NCBI RefSeq assembly: GCF_964204645.1 | Contig: NC_134025.1 | Location: 23,540,299 to 23,604,298 of the forward strand | From: Tubulanus polymorphus | Lineage: Eukaryota; Animalia; Nemertea | Reading direction: 5' to 3' | DNA length: 64,000 bases | Shown here: positions 1-13,976 of the stretch, one piece after another | How the letters are laid out: each line of letters opens with the position of its first letter | Position numbering within the stretch: the stretch's first letter is position 1 | Notes under the pieces: model-generated | The model's database searches: none | Told to the model about the DNA's origin: nothing | Seen by the model: only the letters and a program-made list of their open reading frames with translations | Position numbers and translations under genes: made by a program

Positions 1-924
1 GTCAGTAGTAAGTACATGTATATTTTACTGTAATACATATTATATGAAATGTAGTATGAAAGAATGAAGATCGCAAAAGCTCTAACTTCATTTACCAAAA
101 TTGAAATAATGCGATTTTTAGTCTCTCACTAAAGACCATCCATACATCATATGTCCAGACATCAGGTTTGAAAAGTTTTTATAGGTAGTCAGTCTTTCTT
201 TGTGTATACAAATTTCGCATGTAATGGTAGTCTATCTGCAAAGAAAATATTTCACTTCGTCTCCTTATACAGATTCTTTTTTTATTCTATAAAAAATTCT
301 GTTTTTTGGGACATTAGATAATATATGTGTATGAATTAGAACTAGAGGTTGCCTCATATTGATGGTGCAGTAGTTTAATTCTGATGTAGGTGTAGTAGAA
401 ATTTTTAACTTGTCTATCAATTTTGATTATGGTATGTGAAGATCTCATTAAATCACGTGGATAGTCTGCAAATGATATTAGGTTAGGACCTATTTTGTTT
501 GATTCTCCTAAGATAACTCAAACATGACTGTTTGTCTACACCGGTCCCTTAAGTTTATCACAAACCTGTCACTCACACTGGACATGGTGAATAACAATGT
601 AATCTGCCATTAGTAACTGACAGTGCTTGGATTTGATTCATTGGATACAATCAATACTGGATATATAGGATATTCTGAGGATTTCGTTGAACTATGCCTG
701 TTTACCCTTGTTGTACTTCAATAAATGTAACTGGATTTAGAATACCAGTTTTGGAACTAATTATTCCAGGTAATATGTTATGTAACTGTATTTGCAGTAC
801 ATTAAGACCTCACTCATGTATATCTAAGTAATAATCTCATGTTATTTTGGCCAAAAATGTAATGTCTTCTTTGATATCTTGAGATCTAAGGGCATTATTA
901 GTCATTAATTCTTTTGATTTTCAG

Positions 925-3900
925 ATCAAAAAGTTGGTGCCTCCTTACCGGATTTGACATTAGATCCACCAACTCCTCAACATACTACTTTAAACAAGAG
1001 ACATTTGAGCCGAAGTATCAGCAATCTACGACAGCCAACAAATACTAATTCACAAGAAGGTTAGTAGTTAGGTTTGTTTACTTCAACCATCAGTAGGAAC
1101 TAAGATTAATTCTCAATAATTCCCTAACAATGTTATTTCAAACAGACAAAGCAGATGGACAAAAAGAAACCAGTTCAGACGGCGAAGCGAAACCAGCCAA
1201 GAGAAAGAAAAATAAGAAAGACAAACTGCTGGAAGCGCCAGGCCCTGTTCAGAAAAATGCCTCCCAAATAAGTGTTTCTTCCGTATTTAGCTCTGATCTT
1301 GGTAAGTAAAAATAGGTTCTCAATCAGGGATGTACTCGAAATACCTTTTGCGAGACCTTTCAGGTTAGAATTATTTTGTTTAACTTTCACATTATAACAA
1401 CTATTATAGGTAGCAAACAAGCCCCAGGTGATGCCAGTATTTTCAGTGCTTTACCTGGCAAGAAGGCACCGGACACTGGCGGTTTCCGAAGTAAATCACC
1501 CTCACTGAAGAAGCGAGCTAGTAATTTACGTAAGTATTAACAAGAAAACTGACAACATCCTGACTTAGAGATTAGACTTCAAATGAATCGAATCTAGAAA
1601 ATGATATGACACTTAATCTTAAGAAACTCACTGAATAAGGATGTTAATTGTATGCATATATACAGACGATGATTCAAATATTTCCATTGAAACGAATTCT
1701 GGTAAGCAGTTGCATAGGAAATATACCATATATAATTAGATACATATGGCTACATAGTTTACTAACAATGTACATGCATGATGTATATTGGTATTAACTA
1801 ACCGCACATGCATATAGCTTATCAAAAGTACATAGGCCTATGTATTTTTGAGCTTACACATACATTTTTATTGATATGATATTCATTGTACATATATTTT
1901 GTCAGAGAAAAGCTAGTTTAGCTTTTTTAGATATTAGATATATGCCCTATAACTGCTTTGAATTGGCTGTTGCATTACAGTGTCAAAAGCGAAATCACCT
2001 TTCCTCAACTTACCGAAGATGCGTAAACCTGGTAAATGATGTTGTTCATATTTTTCCTAGCTTTTCATATTTTGTGCCTTGTATGTACATTTAGATGTGC
2101 CTGTTCTTTGTCTATGAAATTGGGAACTGCTTATCCTGTAATTCTTTATTTCGCTTTAGATACTTGATTTAGTAATTCCTTCCTTGTGTGTGATTCCTCT
2201 GTGGCAGTTTGGTCACGCAGAATTTCTTTTGTTGCCAAAACATTATATTCGGCAGTGTTTACATACTCGAGTGAACGTACTGATTTTCTACTATTTTCTT
2301 TAGCTTCACCACTCCATCTCTATTGCATATACCACTAGATAATCCGCTATAAGATCGGCTGATCATCAGATCAAATCATTTGTTCTATTAACATTTTGCG
2401 TCACATCTTTAAAAGGAATTACCAGTATGCAACACAGATACGCAATCTAACTTACCGGTGGTACCGTATATTTTTTCACAGGCTCACTGCAGAATGAAAC
2501 ACTGAAATCAACATTTACTGGTAGTGTAGTGCTTGCACCGGATGGAGAAGTGCTACCAGTTGGTGGAACTATTGATATTACAGGTAAGCTTGGTCGTATC
2601 ATAACATCTTACCATTACTGTGAATGAAATCATTAAAGGTATTGAATAATTTGCTGTGGTTTTGCCAAAAAATGAACAAATTATAACTTCACACAGCTTT
2701 TTCACGTTAGTTAGCTTGCTTGACAAATTATTTGCTTTCAGAAACTCCAAATTCAGCAAAATCCAAAGGTTAATATAGTAAAGCTTTTTCATATTTTAAT
2801 TAATGGCTGCACCATTTTCAACACAAGAGTATGTTAACATAAAATACAAATCTTTTCCTAAATAATTAATCAAATTCCACAATTCCGAGTTGTATTTAAC
2901 TCAGACTAACAATTACCGTAGTAAATTTCCAATGAATTCAACGCATTATCAAATCTTAACTCTGAACTGTGGAACTGGGTCTGTTATATGTCCTTTTTTC
3001 ATTTTACACTGCAGTGATATTGAATATATTTTTTTTGTAAGTTTAGGTTCATCTTGGCATGCAGCTTTTTCAAATGCTAGACTGTTAACTTAAATGTTGT
3101 ATTATTCATTTCTATGTATCTGTTTCGTTTGGCTGGATTTCGATTCCAGACCATTTTTGTAAATCGAATGTGTTATTTATCTTGTTAACCCTACTAACAC
3201 TATGGATTACATATATGACATTTTACACATTTGTTCAGTTTTTGTGGATTTTATAGAAATATCTTTAATACCAACATAGATAATACAACGAATGGTGATA
3301 ACAGAAATAATAATGAGGTAGATCAAAGTGGAGATATCCATGCAGAACTAGACATTCTAGGAGCTCAGATGGTTGCTGAAACAGGTTCGATGTCCTACAC
3401 ATTTCTAGATATCGCTTCAGCTTTCCTATTCCTACTTCTCCTTTATCGATGTTGGTACCTTGTATTTCCCTTGGTCAAACTAACCTAACTCTCTGGGTAA
3501 TACCAAAATACAGAGTATGTAATTCTGGCAATACCTCAATGCACTGTTGTATTGTAATATGCTTCTTTTCAATTTCATGGCTATCCTGATTGGTGTATGT
3601 ATTTGATTTCTATGTTCTTATCTAATATATTTGTATATATGCAATGTTCAGCAAAGCTCTTTTAACCCCTTAGCTGCAGGATATGAGGGGTAATGTCATT
3701 GCCTGTGTCCGTCCATTAACTTGTTCCCATCATACAGGGTACAGTTGGTGTTAATCGCATTCAAGATGGCTGATTGGTAGCCATGTTGGATCATAAAAAG
3801 GCACTGTTCCTTTCCTACAGATGGCATCTAAAAATACACTGTTCCCATTCTCCAAGCCGCAGTTTTTGAAGCAGAGTGTTTGTTTTAACATATCAGTGTA

Positions 3901-6900
3901 CTAAAGCTTAAGAATCTTATCGATTATTGTGCTATTGAAGATTTAAGAAGGCTGACTGGCTGCCATATTTGATTCTAACACTGTTACCACCATACAGTCA
4001 GCAGTTTTGATGAAAGAAGTACGCTATGCAGCTATTGATACATGTTTGTTTTGGTCATTCAAGATGGCGAATTGGCAGCCATTTTCGATTCTCATCCTGT
4101 TAGCTTCATACAGGGTGCAGTGTCCAGAGTAGAGCATTCATTTGCATGCAAGATGTCTGATTAACAGATGATGTTCCCTATCAATTTTAGTTATGATTGC
4201 ATTCAAAAAGGCAGACTGGCGGCCATTTGACTTTTGAAAACCACTTTCCTATCCTACAGCATAGGCCTACAGTACTTGAATTATGTTCACATTCATAAAA
4301 TTGGGGTTTGTTACAAAAGTAACAATCCCCATTTCAGTTGTATTTGCATGCAAGATGGCTACCAAGATTACGGGTTTCGCACTGAAGTTTGCAGTGTGCT
4401 CGGTCGGCTGCAGGTAATTTTCGCATGCGATCTGTTGCATGCGAAAATCACACCAATCAAAAATATTTGATATCTCCGCAGCGAATTTATCACTGCGAAT
4501 ATATTCCCATAGTATATCTGTGAGATGCAATTTTCCCTGCAAACCATACAAAATATAGCTAATCCTTGATGAACTCTATTTTCTAGACGTGGCTTATGGT
4601 AGGTCTAATTGTTTAGCACAACTGGAACTTGGTTTTTAAGAGGCTACAGAAACTAGTTTGTTCAACAAAAATTTACACAATGATCTTAAAGATAGTATGT
4701 CTGATGACAACTCCTCTCCTGCTATGAATACTCCGCCATTTTGGTTGGTTTGGAGAGTAAACCACTGTCAAATTATTTTCCTGATTAACCTAACCAAGGC
4801 TAGAACAAATGAGCAAACCGATTTGCTCGATTTTAGACGTATTTACAGCAAAAATTGTATAGTGTGTCCATCGCTTAAGGGTTAAAACCTAGTCTTCTTT
4901 ATGATCTAGAATAAAGCATAATCTTTTCCACCTTTCCACATCATTAAACTGCTTTTTACCCGTATAACAATGAAAATGTGATATCTAGAAAATTAGATTT
5001 TCATATCGAAATAGTAACATTTAGATATATTTATCCACTAGATCGATTTGGAAACCTTACTGAGGAAGAACTACTGTTGCGACTTCGTGAACATGCAGCA
5101 AAAATTGCTGCTCGAGTCCTGCGACGATTTGGTGCTGGAAAAGATCTTGCAAAAGATGCTATGGTGAGTTGAAAGGATTCTACTGATTTGTAAATATCAT
5201 ATATGTTTGAAGTGAAGAGTATCGTGAGTACTCTAACAAGAGAGGAGATGCCTAACTTAATTTAATTTTGGATTGCAAGACTTTTGTAAAAATATTCTAA
5301 TATAAGAAATATCATTATGGTAGTGTCTCCTATTTTCAAAAATACTGCCTTTACTAAAATGAAGACATAGCCAACCTAAACTATACTTACAAAACAGAAG
5401 ATTATAGAACTTATTTTGTGAAAGCCACATCTAAAGTACATGTTTATTCCGGGTAAGAAAGTGCATTGTGCAACTAATGTTTTGTTTTGCACTGCTGGAC
5501 TATACACAATGGCATGCAAATTTTGAGCGTGAACTATCTTAACATGTTTGTTTTGTGTGCTTCTTTAAAACTCTCATCAATTGATGACAGACGGCAGCAA
5601 CAATTTGGCAACGACCACCAGATGCGGATACAGCTAGCAAAGCAGCAGATAGTGAGGATGATGATGACGATGTAAGGCGGTCATTGTTATATTATTCACA
5701 AGATATATTTGGCAACGCATTTCCTTTTTTTATTCCAGACTAACCTTTTTCTAAATGTCATATTCGACTAATATCCATCAAATTGTATTAATAGTGCATT
5801 GAAGAAAATTGAGTAAACATATTTGAAATATGGTATATTTTTGATGGTTATTTTTTATCACAAATTGTTTCCCTGCACTCGCTTTAGCTGTATACATATA
5901 TAAGAAGAATATCGTTGTATATGCTAACAATGTTGATATCTTAAATCTAATTTACACAACTGCAAGGTGCACTGCAAATGAGGTAAATGAGGTGGCAATG
6001 AGGTAAACTGGCACTTTATTCCTATTAATGGCTTATCACATAGAATACCAGAAATCAAGATGCTTCACCTATAAAATGATTAACGTTCACAGTTACCATT
6101 CTATATCATTTAGATTTATTTGCTTATATTGCTTTGAATGCTACAGTATTCCAGGCTAGAGTTACCGGTAGTTCTTTTTTAGAATTAGACTCGAAATAGA
6201 AGCGTTATTGAGGAAATGAGATCAAAATATTACGTCATTTTTGTTCTGGTTTACAGTTTTAATGGATTTTTGGGGAGTCATTGTATTTTTACTGCATGTA
6301 TTTTACTGACTGTACCGATTGTATTTATATTTGGTGATACAGGTACATGAATATGTCTTTTCTAACTAGGTATGTTAGAATGATTATTCTTTAGGTTAAA
6401 GGATGAAAGCTATACATTTAAATTGGTGTAAAAAGCTCTGACCAGCAAAATATGTTCGACTTAGAAAAAAGGCTAAGATTACCTCAGATTTAGGGTCATT
6501 TACTGAATATGAATTCCTTCTAGGAGAAAACTAATCAGGCAGCTTCATGGCTCTGTCAATCCTTTGAAAATTCTTAACATTTTCTCAGGTCTGAGTTATT
6601 GTTCTGTTTGCTTGCAACAATAAATCAACATCGTGGCTGACTTTTAATGATTTTACTGTCTTTTTGGGATCACATATTTGTCCGACTAAGACGATATATC
6701 CGATTATTAAATCTGGTACACGGACCGATTTTTATAGAAAAATTAACTGGACAATTCCAGATTGGAGAAATTCCTTCCAATTAGACTGATTTCCCAACTA
6801 ACAGTAATTTGACATACGCAAGTTTTACTGTATAAACTCATTGCAATCCATAGGCCTTACATTTACAAATTCTGTTTTTTCTAGCTCATTCTGAAAGAAT

Positions 6901-9900
6901 TGATGAAAGCAAATGGATTGACTGATTTGGATCCTCAGAGTGCTTTGTATAAAGAACTACTGCGACAAGCATTAGGAAAAGCATGTATGTGTTCTACATT
7001 TTTGTGTGTAAAAAGGGAGGTTGTGTGGTATTCAAAACAGTATTATTAATATTTCATTTTCAATTTCAGTGAATATTGATATTCCGGAGGATGCAATTAT
7101 ATCTGATGATCTATTGGCTGCACTAGCAAGTGGTCAACTGAATCCAGATGATATTGAAATTGTATTTGACCCTAAAACTGGAAAGCATATTGTCAGACTG
7201 AAAAAACTTACAGCTGAAAGACTTCGACAAATGCCAGTCGAGGCACAGGCAAGAATTTTGGCCAGCTTATCACTGGAAGAACGAGCTCGTTTGTTAGCAT
7301 CTATGACTGATGAAGAGAAAAAGAAACTTTTAGCCAGTTTAGGTATGGAAGAAAAGGCAAAATTATTAGCAGCCATGTCTATGGAAGAACGAGAGAAATA
7401 TCTGGCTATGATGACTGAGGAAGAAAAAGCAGCTTTATTGAGAATGTTACCACCGGAGGAACGAGCTAGATTAGTGGCAGCATTAACAGATGAAGAACGC
7501 GAAAAATACTTAGCAACTCTGACAGATGAGGAAAAAGCTCAACTATTGTTATCCGTTTCACTAGAGGATCGTGCCAAGATTCTTGCCTCTATGTCTGCTG
7601 AGGATAAGGAAAAGTTATTGGCCATGTTGAGTACAGAGGACAAGGCCAAACTTATTGCAGCTATGAGCATGGAGGAGAGAGAAGCTATACTTGCAAATAT
7701 GACATTAGAAGAAAAAGAAGCACTGCTTGCTGCTTTAGCACCAGAAGAGAAAGCCCGTTTGATAGCTGCTTTATCAGAAGAGGAAAGGCAACAAATTCTG
7801 AAAAATATGTCGCTCGAGGAGAAGGCTGCAATTCTATCTTCTCTGTCATTAAAGGAGCGAATGAAAGTTTTGAATTCTTTATCTGAGGAAGATAAGCAAA
7901 GACTATTAAATGAATTACCACCTGATCAAAAGGCTAAGATATTGGCAGCGCTCTCAGAAGAAGAGCGTGAAAAATTCCTTGCTAATCTATCACTAGAAGA
8001 AAAAGCAGAACTACTGCGAGCCCTTTCACCTGAATCAAAAGCTAAACTTTTGGCATCCATGTCAAGTGAGGAGAGGGCTAAATTGTTGGCAGAGATGTCT
8101 GTTGAAGAGAAAGCGAAATTACTCCAAAATCTTTCAGCCGAAGAAAAAGCAAAACTTCTTGCATCAATGTCTGTTGAGGAGCGAGCTAAAGTTTTAGCAA
8201 GTATGTCGGAAGAAGAAAGAATGAAACTTTTGGATTCATTACCACCTGAGGAAAGAGCTAAGATAATTGCTGCTCTATCAAAGGAAGAACGAGAAAAATT
8301 GCTGGCTAATATGTCTGAAGAAGAAAAAATGGCACTTCTTGATATGTTGTCAACAGAGGAGAAAGGAAAGATTCTTGCTGCAATGTCAACAGAGGAGCGA
8401 GCAAAATTCCTGTCAAATATGACTTTGGAGGAGAAAATGAAAATGCTTGATTCACTTGGTATAGAAGAAAGGGCCAAACTTTTAGAAGCAATGACAGCTG
8501 AAGAAAAAATGGCATTACTTAATAGCTTGCCTCCGGAGGCAAAGGCTAAAATCTTGGCTGCATTATCTAGTCAAGAACGTGCTAACATTTTGGCCAATAT
8601 GACTTTTGAGGAAAAACTAGCAATGTTAGAGGCTCTACCACCTGAGGAAAGAGCGAGAATTTTAGCATCCCTATCAAAAGAAGAACGTGAAAGACTCATT
8701 GCCTTGTTACCTGAAGAGGAGAGGGCTGAAACACTGAGGGCATTGAAATCATTCCTGAAAGCAGAAAAAGAGCGCAGCAAACTAGAGAAAAGACCTGAAT
8801 TTGTTGTTGGTTAGTGTCAGTTTATAACATTCATTTCATGTTTATATTGCTTTTATAGCATCATTTCTAAAGCAGTACGGTTTTTGATTTTTCTATCTTA
8901 GGAAAACCAAAGGATTCAGATGAGCTTGCTAGACTGTATGGGCGATATGATGGTAAGGCATATTAATCTGCAAAATATATACATTTCTGTATAAATCATT
9001 TGATTTTGCGGTGATGATCTGTTGTGACTTGATACTATCAACTTACTCTGAAATGAACTGAAAATTAAACTAAAAGATTTGCTGTTTATTATATTATAAT
9101 GACAAATGTGGAAGTATTGGTACATCTAACATGCGTGCAGTGTTTTTGCTATCAAATAAAGAATGAAGTCAAGGGTTTTTATGACATTTAAAGTGTTTTA
9201 ACACTGTCTATTTATGATTCATTCATTACAGACCAAAATATCACTAAATCATCTGTTAAGAAAACTGCGTCCGTCCCTATAAAAAGTGCCGCACCTGCAA
9301 AGGCACCCCCTCCATCACCAGAGCAGTCAAATTTGTCCTTCGTCAGTGTTGAGAAAAAGGCTTCCGTTGATGAGGGCAACACTGAAGTAAACGTACCTCA
9401 AGTTAGCTCTTCATCAGGGCCACCACCTCCAGGTGGAGGCAAACCTAACAAGGATGTGCACATGTCATTAACACTGCCAAAATTAAAGGCCCCTTCTAAA
9501 CGTAAAGAAGGTCCTAAGAAAAAAGAAGTCCATTCAAAAGAATCTGGCCAGTCTAAAGCCAAAAAACCTAAGCTACCAAAAGTTACAAAAGACAAGGTGG
9601 TGCTTACTAAAGTGAATGCAGAGCCACTAGAATCAGAGTCCGAGACTCCTGCAGAGGATGAAATCAACATTGAGGAGCGTGAGCTGACTCCGCCAGAGGT
9701 TGCAGAGATTGAGGATGAACCACTGGCTCCTCTGCCTATACAAGATAATAATCTCTTACAACCGCAACCCCATGATGAAGGTGTGAAATTTATATATTCT
9801 TCCACTTCCCTACCCCTCTATTATATAGCATTTTCACTCTATACATTATTTCTAACTACACAAGTTCATTGCTTAAGCGATATTTTTTTGGGTAAAATCT

Positions 9901-11514
9901 GTTCTATTTTACTCTAATTCTTTCACTCTAATCTAAATTTCTCACTTATTACCAAGTTTCTCACTTATTTAAAGTAAGTACATGTATAAACTTTGTTATG
10001 CACATTATCATGTTATACTAAATGTATGTATATTTTTGCCTATTCAAAGCTTTATTCCGATTGATAAAGTAGCATAAGAGATTCTGAATCAATATCAGAT
10101 TTCGAATTGGAACTAATTTTATCATTTCTTTTTTCTTTTCATTTATTTTCACATTCTCAGGACGACGTGAGTCTAGTGTAAGTACTAAAGAAATCATTAA
10201 TGATTATTAGATGATAAACGAAGTTCAAAATTTGAACGAAAAGAAATTTATATTTGAACAGGATACTACAACAAGTAGTCTTCGTGCTGCACAGAGAGCG
10301 GCTGTAGCCGAAAAACGTAAACGTGAAGTCGAACAAAAACGACGTGAACGGGAAGCGGCAAAGAAAAAAGAACAAGAAGAAGAAGAACGCCGAGAACGTT
10401 TGAAAGCAGATCTCGAGGAAGAACGAAGAGAGCGAGAGGAAAAAGTCAGGTAGAACTGAACATCTGGTTCCATGGAAAATTCACTCCTTGTTACATTACC
10501 TGAATAATAGATGTCCATTTTGAATGATTTCAATTTTTCAGACTTCAACGTGAAAAATCGAAACGAGACCGAGAACTACAAAAGCTGACCGAAGAGCAGC
10601 GTTTGAAACGAATTCGTGAGAAGGCCGACAAAGAAAGACGAATGAGGGAGGAAGAGAAGAAACGTATGGAAGATTTCAAACGTGACAGAGCCAATGATGA
10701 AAAACATAAACAAGGTGAATATCACTATGCCACATTAGTGTTTCAAAATATGGGTATGGTAAAAAAAATCATTATGCTTGTGGTGGCCGTCCCCAGTAGC
10801 TGTTGAACATTATTTTGATCCGCTATCAAGGGAAATCGTCTTCAATTTTTAAGAAATATTGAGGCCTTTTCTGTTGAAATAAGCATCTACCCTCATAAAC
10901 TATAACTGACTGACTGTTAAAAACCGAATGGCATATCAAGACATTTTTATAGAGATACCAGGAGGAATTACCATTTCCCATTCATCACTTGTAGCATTGA
11001 TGCAACAGAAGCATGAAGCTGAAAGACGAAGACAACTAGAAGAAGAACGAATGCTGTACGAAATGAGCGAACGCGAGCGTATGGAATATGAGCGTAAAAA
11101 GAAGGAAGAAGCAGAACGCAAAGCTCGAGAAGAAGCAGAAGCAAAGTATGTGATTTATTTGTTCGTTGATTCATTCCATTATTTTCATTGCCTATTTCCT
11201 TTAAGATCTATGAAAATGAATTTTCTTTATTCAGAATATACGCATGTGCTTGTTGATCAAATAAGAGGAATGTTTAATTTTTCAGGGCAAGACGCGAAGC
11301 TGAAATTGCTAAAGCTATGGAAGAGGCTCGTCAATTGGCAGAAGAGATGGCGCGTCGTAAGAGAGAACTAGAAGAACGTATGAACTTTAATCGTAGTTTA
11401 CATGTGGAAGCAGAAGGATTGACTGTTACACAAGATGTATCTCGGTCTTTTGTGTCATCTTATTTTGATTTGCTGCAGTGGTTAGGAGTAGATTTACCAA
11501 AAGAAGGATTCTAA
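925..11514 (+). CDS. KIAA2012: KIAA2012/DUF4670-like protein, 3' portion (5' end outside window or unresolved); multi-exon, with a 12-aa repeat solenoid and a charged E/R/K-rich C-terminal helix
   Basis: Phase-consistent GT-AG exon chain: 925-1059, 1146-1301, 1410-1529, 1666-1701, 1981-2031, 2482-2583, 3280-3384, 5042-5163, 5591-5671, 6885-6984, 7070-8809, 8902-8952, 9232-9780, 10161-10177, 10262-10449, 10542-10714, 10995-11145, 11286-11514 (TAA). The C-terminus ERMNFNRSLHVEAEGLTVTQDVSRSFVSSYFDLL after an E/R-rich helix resembles the KIAA2012 C-terminus as recalled; no search was run. Confidence 0.7.
3666..4881. mobile_element. Degenerate non-autonomous piggyBac-like element in an intron
   Basis: Ends TTAA|CCCCTTAGC ... 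GCTTAAGGG|TTAA (TTAA target duplication, CCC/GGG termini). The interior has decayed repeats of CAAGATGGCTGATTGG..GCCAT.TT near 3761, 3945, 4060, 4150, 4210 and 4351. Confidence 0.5.
7228..8739 (+). repeat. Coding tandem repeat: 42 x 12-aa (36-bp) units, consensus ~(S/A/N)(L/M)(S/T/P)xEE(K/R)AKLLA
   Basis: Counted in the translated exon from QMPVEAQARILA (7228) to LLPEEERAETLR (8739): 1512 nt = 42 x 36 with no indels. Confidence 0.95.
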
Positions 11515-12570
11515 GTCGTCTTCCTGACTAGACACGCTTAAGCTTTTTGACAGTTGACTGATTTTATTGTAGATGGGTGTATAGGCCTGCACTGGAGCTA
11601 GAAGAGTTTTAACTATTTTTTGAAAATGTTCCGCCTCTAACAAATTTAGTCTCCCTACTTCTCGAAACCAAAGAAGAGATACATGTATCTCTTAGAAAAG
11701 TCTAGTCATACATATATATCATTGTTTGAACAGTCAGAAAAGTTTGATTCGAGTCACCTGTCATTAGATTTAGAAGTATTCAATTATGTAATGCTACAAT
11801 GGTTAGGTTGTATTTACGCTCTATTTCATAGAAAAATACTGATACATGCATGTACATCTTCTCATGTTACTCATCGAGATTGTGATATTTTCCGGTAATA
11901 CCAGTATCTAATCATTTTTGGCTGGAATAGATGAGGCTGTTCTGTGCTGTTGTTTAGGGGTTTGAATTTTTAGAAGAGATGCATTCAGTAGAAAAAAGCC
12001 CCACCGTGGCCGCATTTGATTTGCCCTGATTCCACTCAACTCCACAGCACACAAGGATGAAAAACCACCGGCTGTAATATAACCATTTTATATATGCTTC
12101 CATTGTAAATATTAACCGTGAATCAACTGAATTTGCCTTGATATAGTGTGCGCTTTTCATATAATTTTTTTCACTGGGCCACGATTATGAATCAATTAGA
12201 GATGCTAAATTCATTTATTTAGTTGGTTTATTTCATTGTGATACAAACATATTGTACTGCTGTTATTAAAATATCTGTGATAAAAAGGTTCGTTTTTAAT
12301 GTTTGTTTTCATATTGCACAACGCTTTTTAAACGTAAGGTTTTGAAATAAAAAATACTCCAATTTTCTTATGACATTCCTGCGTAGTCGTTTATTGCTTT
12401 TGGGAAAGAATCATTCATTTTCTCAGGAAGCTTGAAATATAGAGTAAATCTAACTCAAAAGACTCATCGATCGACTGCAAACCGCCCCTAGATTAGTGAG
12501 TTCACCTTATTGAGAAAAGGGCCTTGCGCCGATGGTCCTAGGAAAACATTCCTTATGGCGGCTTAGGACA

Positions 12571-12739
12571 TACCATAAGGTGCTGCCGCTATGCTCATAG
12601 TTAGCGGATTTTTTAAACATCAATATGAATCTTACTCTGGCAATCAACTTCAACACATAAAGTTGACTGCCAGAGTAGAATTCATATTAGTGTATAGAAA
12701 TTCCGCCTACAATGAGCATAGCGACAGCACCTGACGGTA
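12571..12739. mobile_element. Palindromic (hairpin) MITE-like element
   Basis: ~80-bp imperfect arms (AGGTGCTGCCGCTATGCTCAT...ACTCTGGCAATCAACTT / AAGTTGACTGCCAGAGT...ATGAGCATAGCGACAGCACCT) around a ~9-nt loop. Confidence 0.75.
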
Positions 12740-13976
12740 GCATGTAAATAGTGCACTATCCTATATATTATAACCTTGTTAAGTTTTTAAAATGTTTTTG
12801 TTTTTCTATTGATATGTAAATCTTTGTAAACAAAATCATTTTTCCTCCACTGGAAATGGTTGAAGAGTAATACATCATCTCATCTTATCTTATGAAGCTA
12901 ACCTACTACAGCAAGTGCTGTTACCATGGAGGGCGTATTTACATATCTATGCAAAATTTACCTGCAATGTTTATTCCTTTGAGAAATTTTGAAAATGTCC
13001 TTGTTAAATTAACCACTCAATCAACTAAAGATCTTTTTATTGTAAAATAATCTGCCTAGACTTGTGAATGTCTCCTTTTTACTTGGGGATGGAAAAAGGG
13101 TACGAATTCGTGCATGGTCACCGTCTGAATCCGCACCTGTGAATTTCAAACACTACAATGCTTTAGATAATAATTTCTACCGAGGGATATATTTTGTGCC
13201 GGATTAGAGATTGATTGAACAATTGCAGAAATCGTATATACAGTCTTAAAACCGAGACTTTTGAGACAAGGGAGAAGAACCGGACAACCTCCAGCACGTT
13301 ACATACCCGGTTCTTAATCGGATGATTAAGTTAAAATTAACGAGGTTTTAATCTGCATTCAAGTCATAGGCGAATGCGTAAGTCATTGAACAGGTATTCA
13401 AGACAGGGCAAATGCAAATTTTGACCCATCGTGAGAAATCTACCGAGTATCGTCAATCATATCATCATACGCACGTCAAAAATTTATTTCAGACATAAAC
13501 ACGTAAGACTGGCTAAAATTCCGGCAAACATTGATGATTTCTGAGCAAACACTTAACTCTTGGTTTGTTAGTTTTCGTTTAATACGATACTGATATACAC
13601 CGTTATAGAAGAGGAGTTGCGGAATTTGAGTTTGTTTGCGGCAAACATTGCGTGCAATTTCACGCGGATTAGTAGAGGCTCGTTGTAATCGGATTCCCGC
13701 CATTATTATATATTACAACACTCGCTTTTGTCTCGGGATATCGGTAGTGTAGGTCATTTATGGGACAGCTTCTTATTGCGTGTACGTTAATTACTGAACT
13801 GACCGAATTGAAGTAATAAACCCCTAGAGATTTCGCGTTCAATTATTACCGGTAGATCCTTTACGGAGCTTTGCAAGTTCGAAATTGAATTTACGTGTTG
13901 TTAGCATGAAGAACCTTGACCGAGAACATTCTCAATATCAGAGACCAGTGACAAAATAAAAGACGTACATTGGAAA

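Noticed and set aside
7228-8739. Bacterial MgtE gene or horizontal transfer
   Set aside because: No CBS or transmembrane domains. The repeat lies in a spliced exon with host-like composition, so the similarity may be convergent.
7134-8780. Antisense ORFs over the 12-aa repeat exon (also over other long exons)
   Set aside because: These are Ser/Phe/Leu-rich shadows of E/K-rich sense codons, with no independent coding signal.
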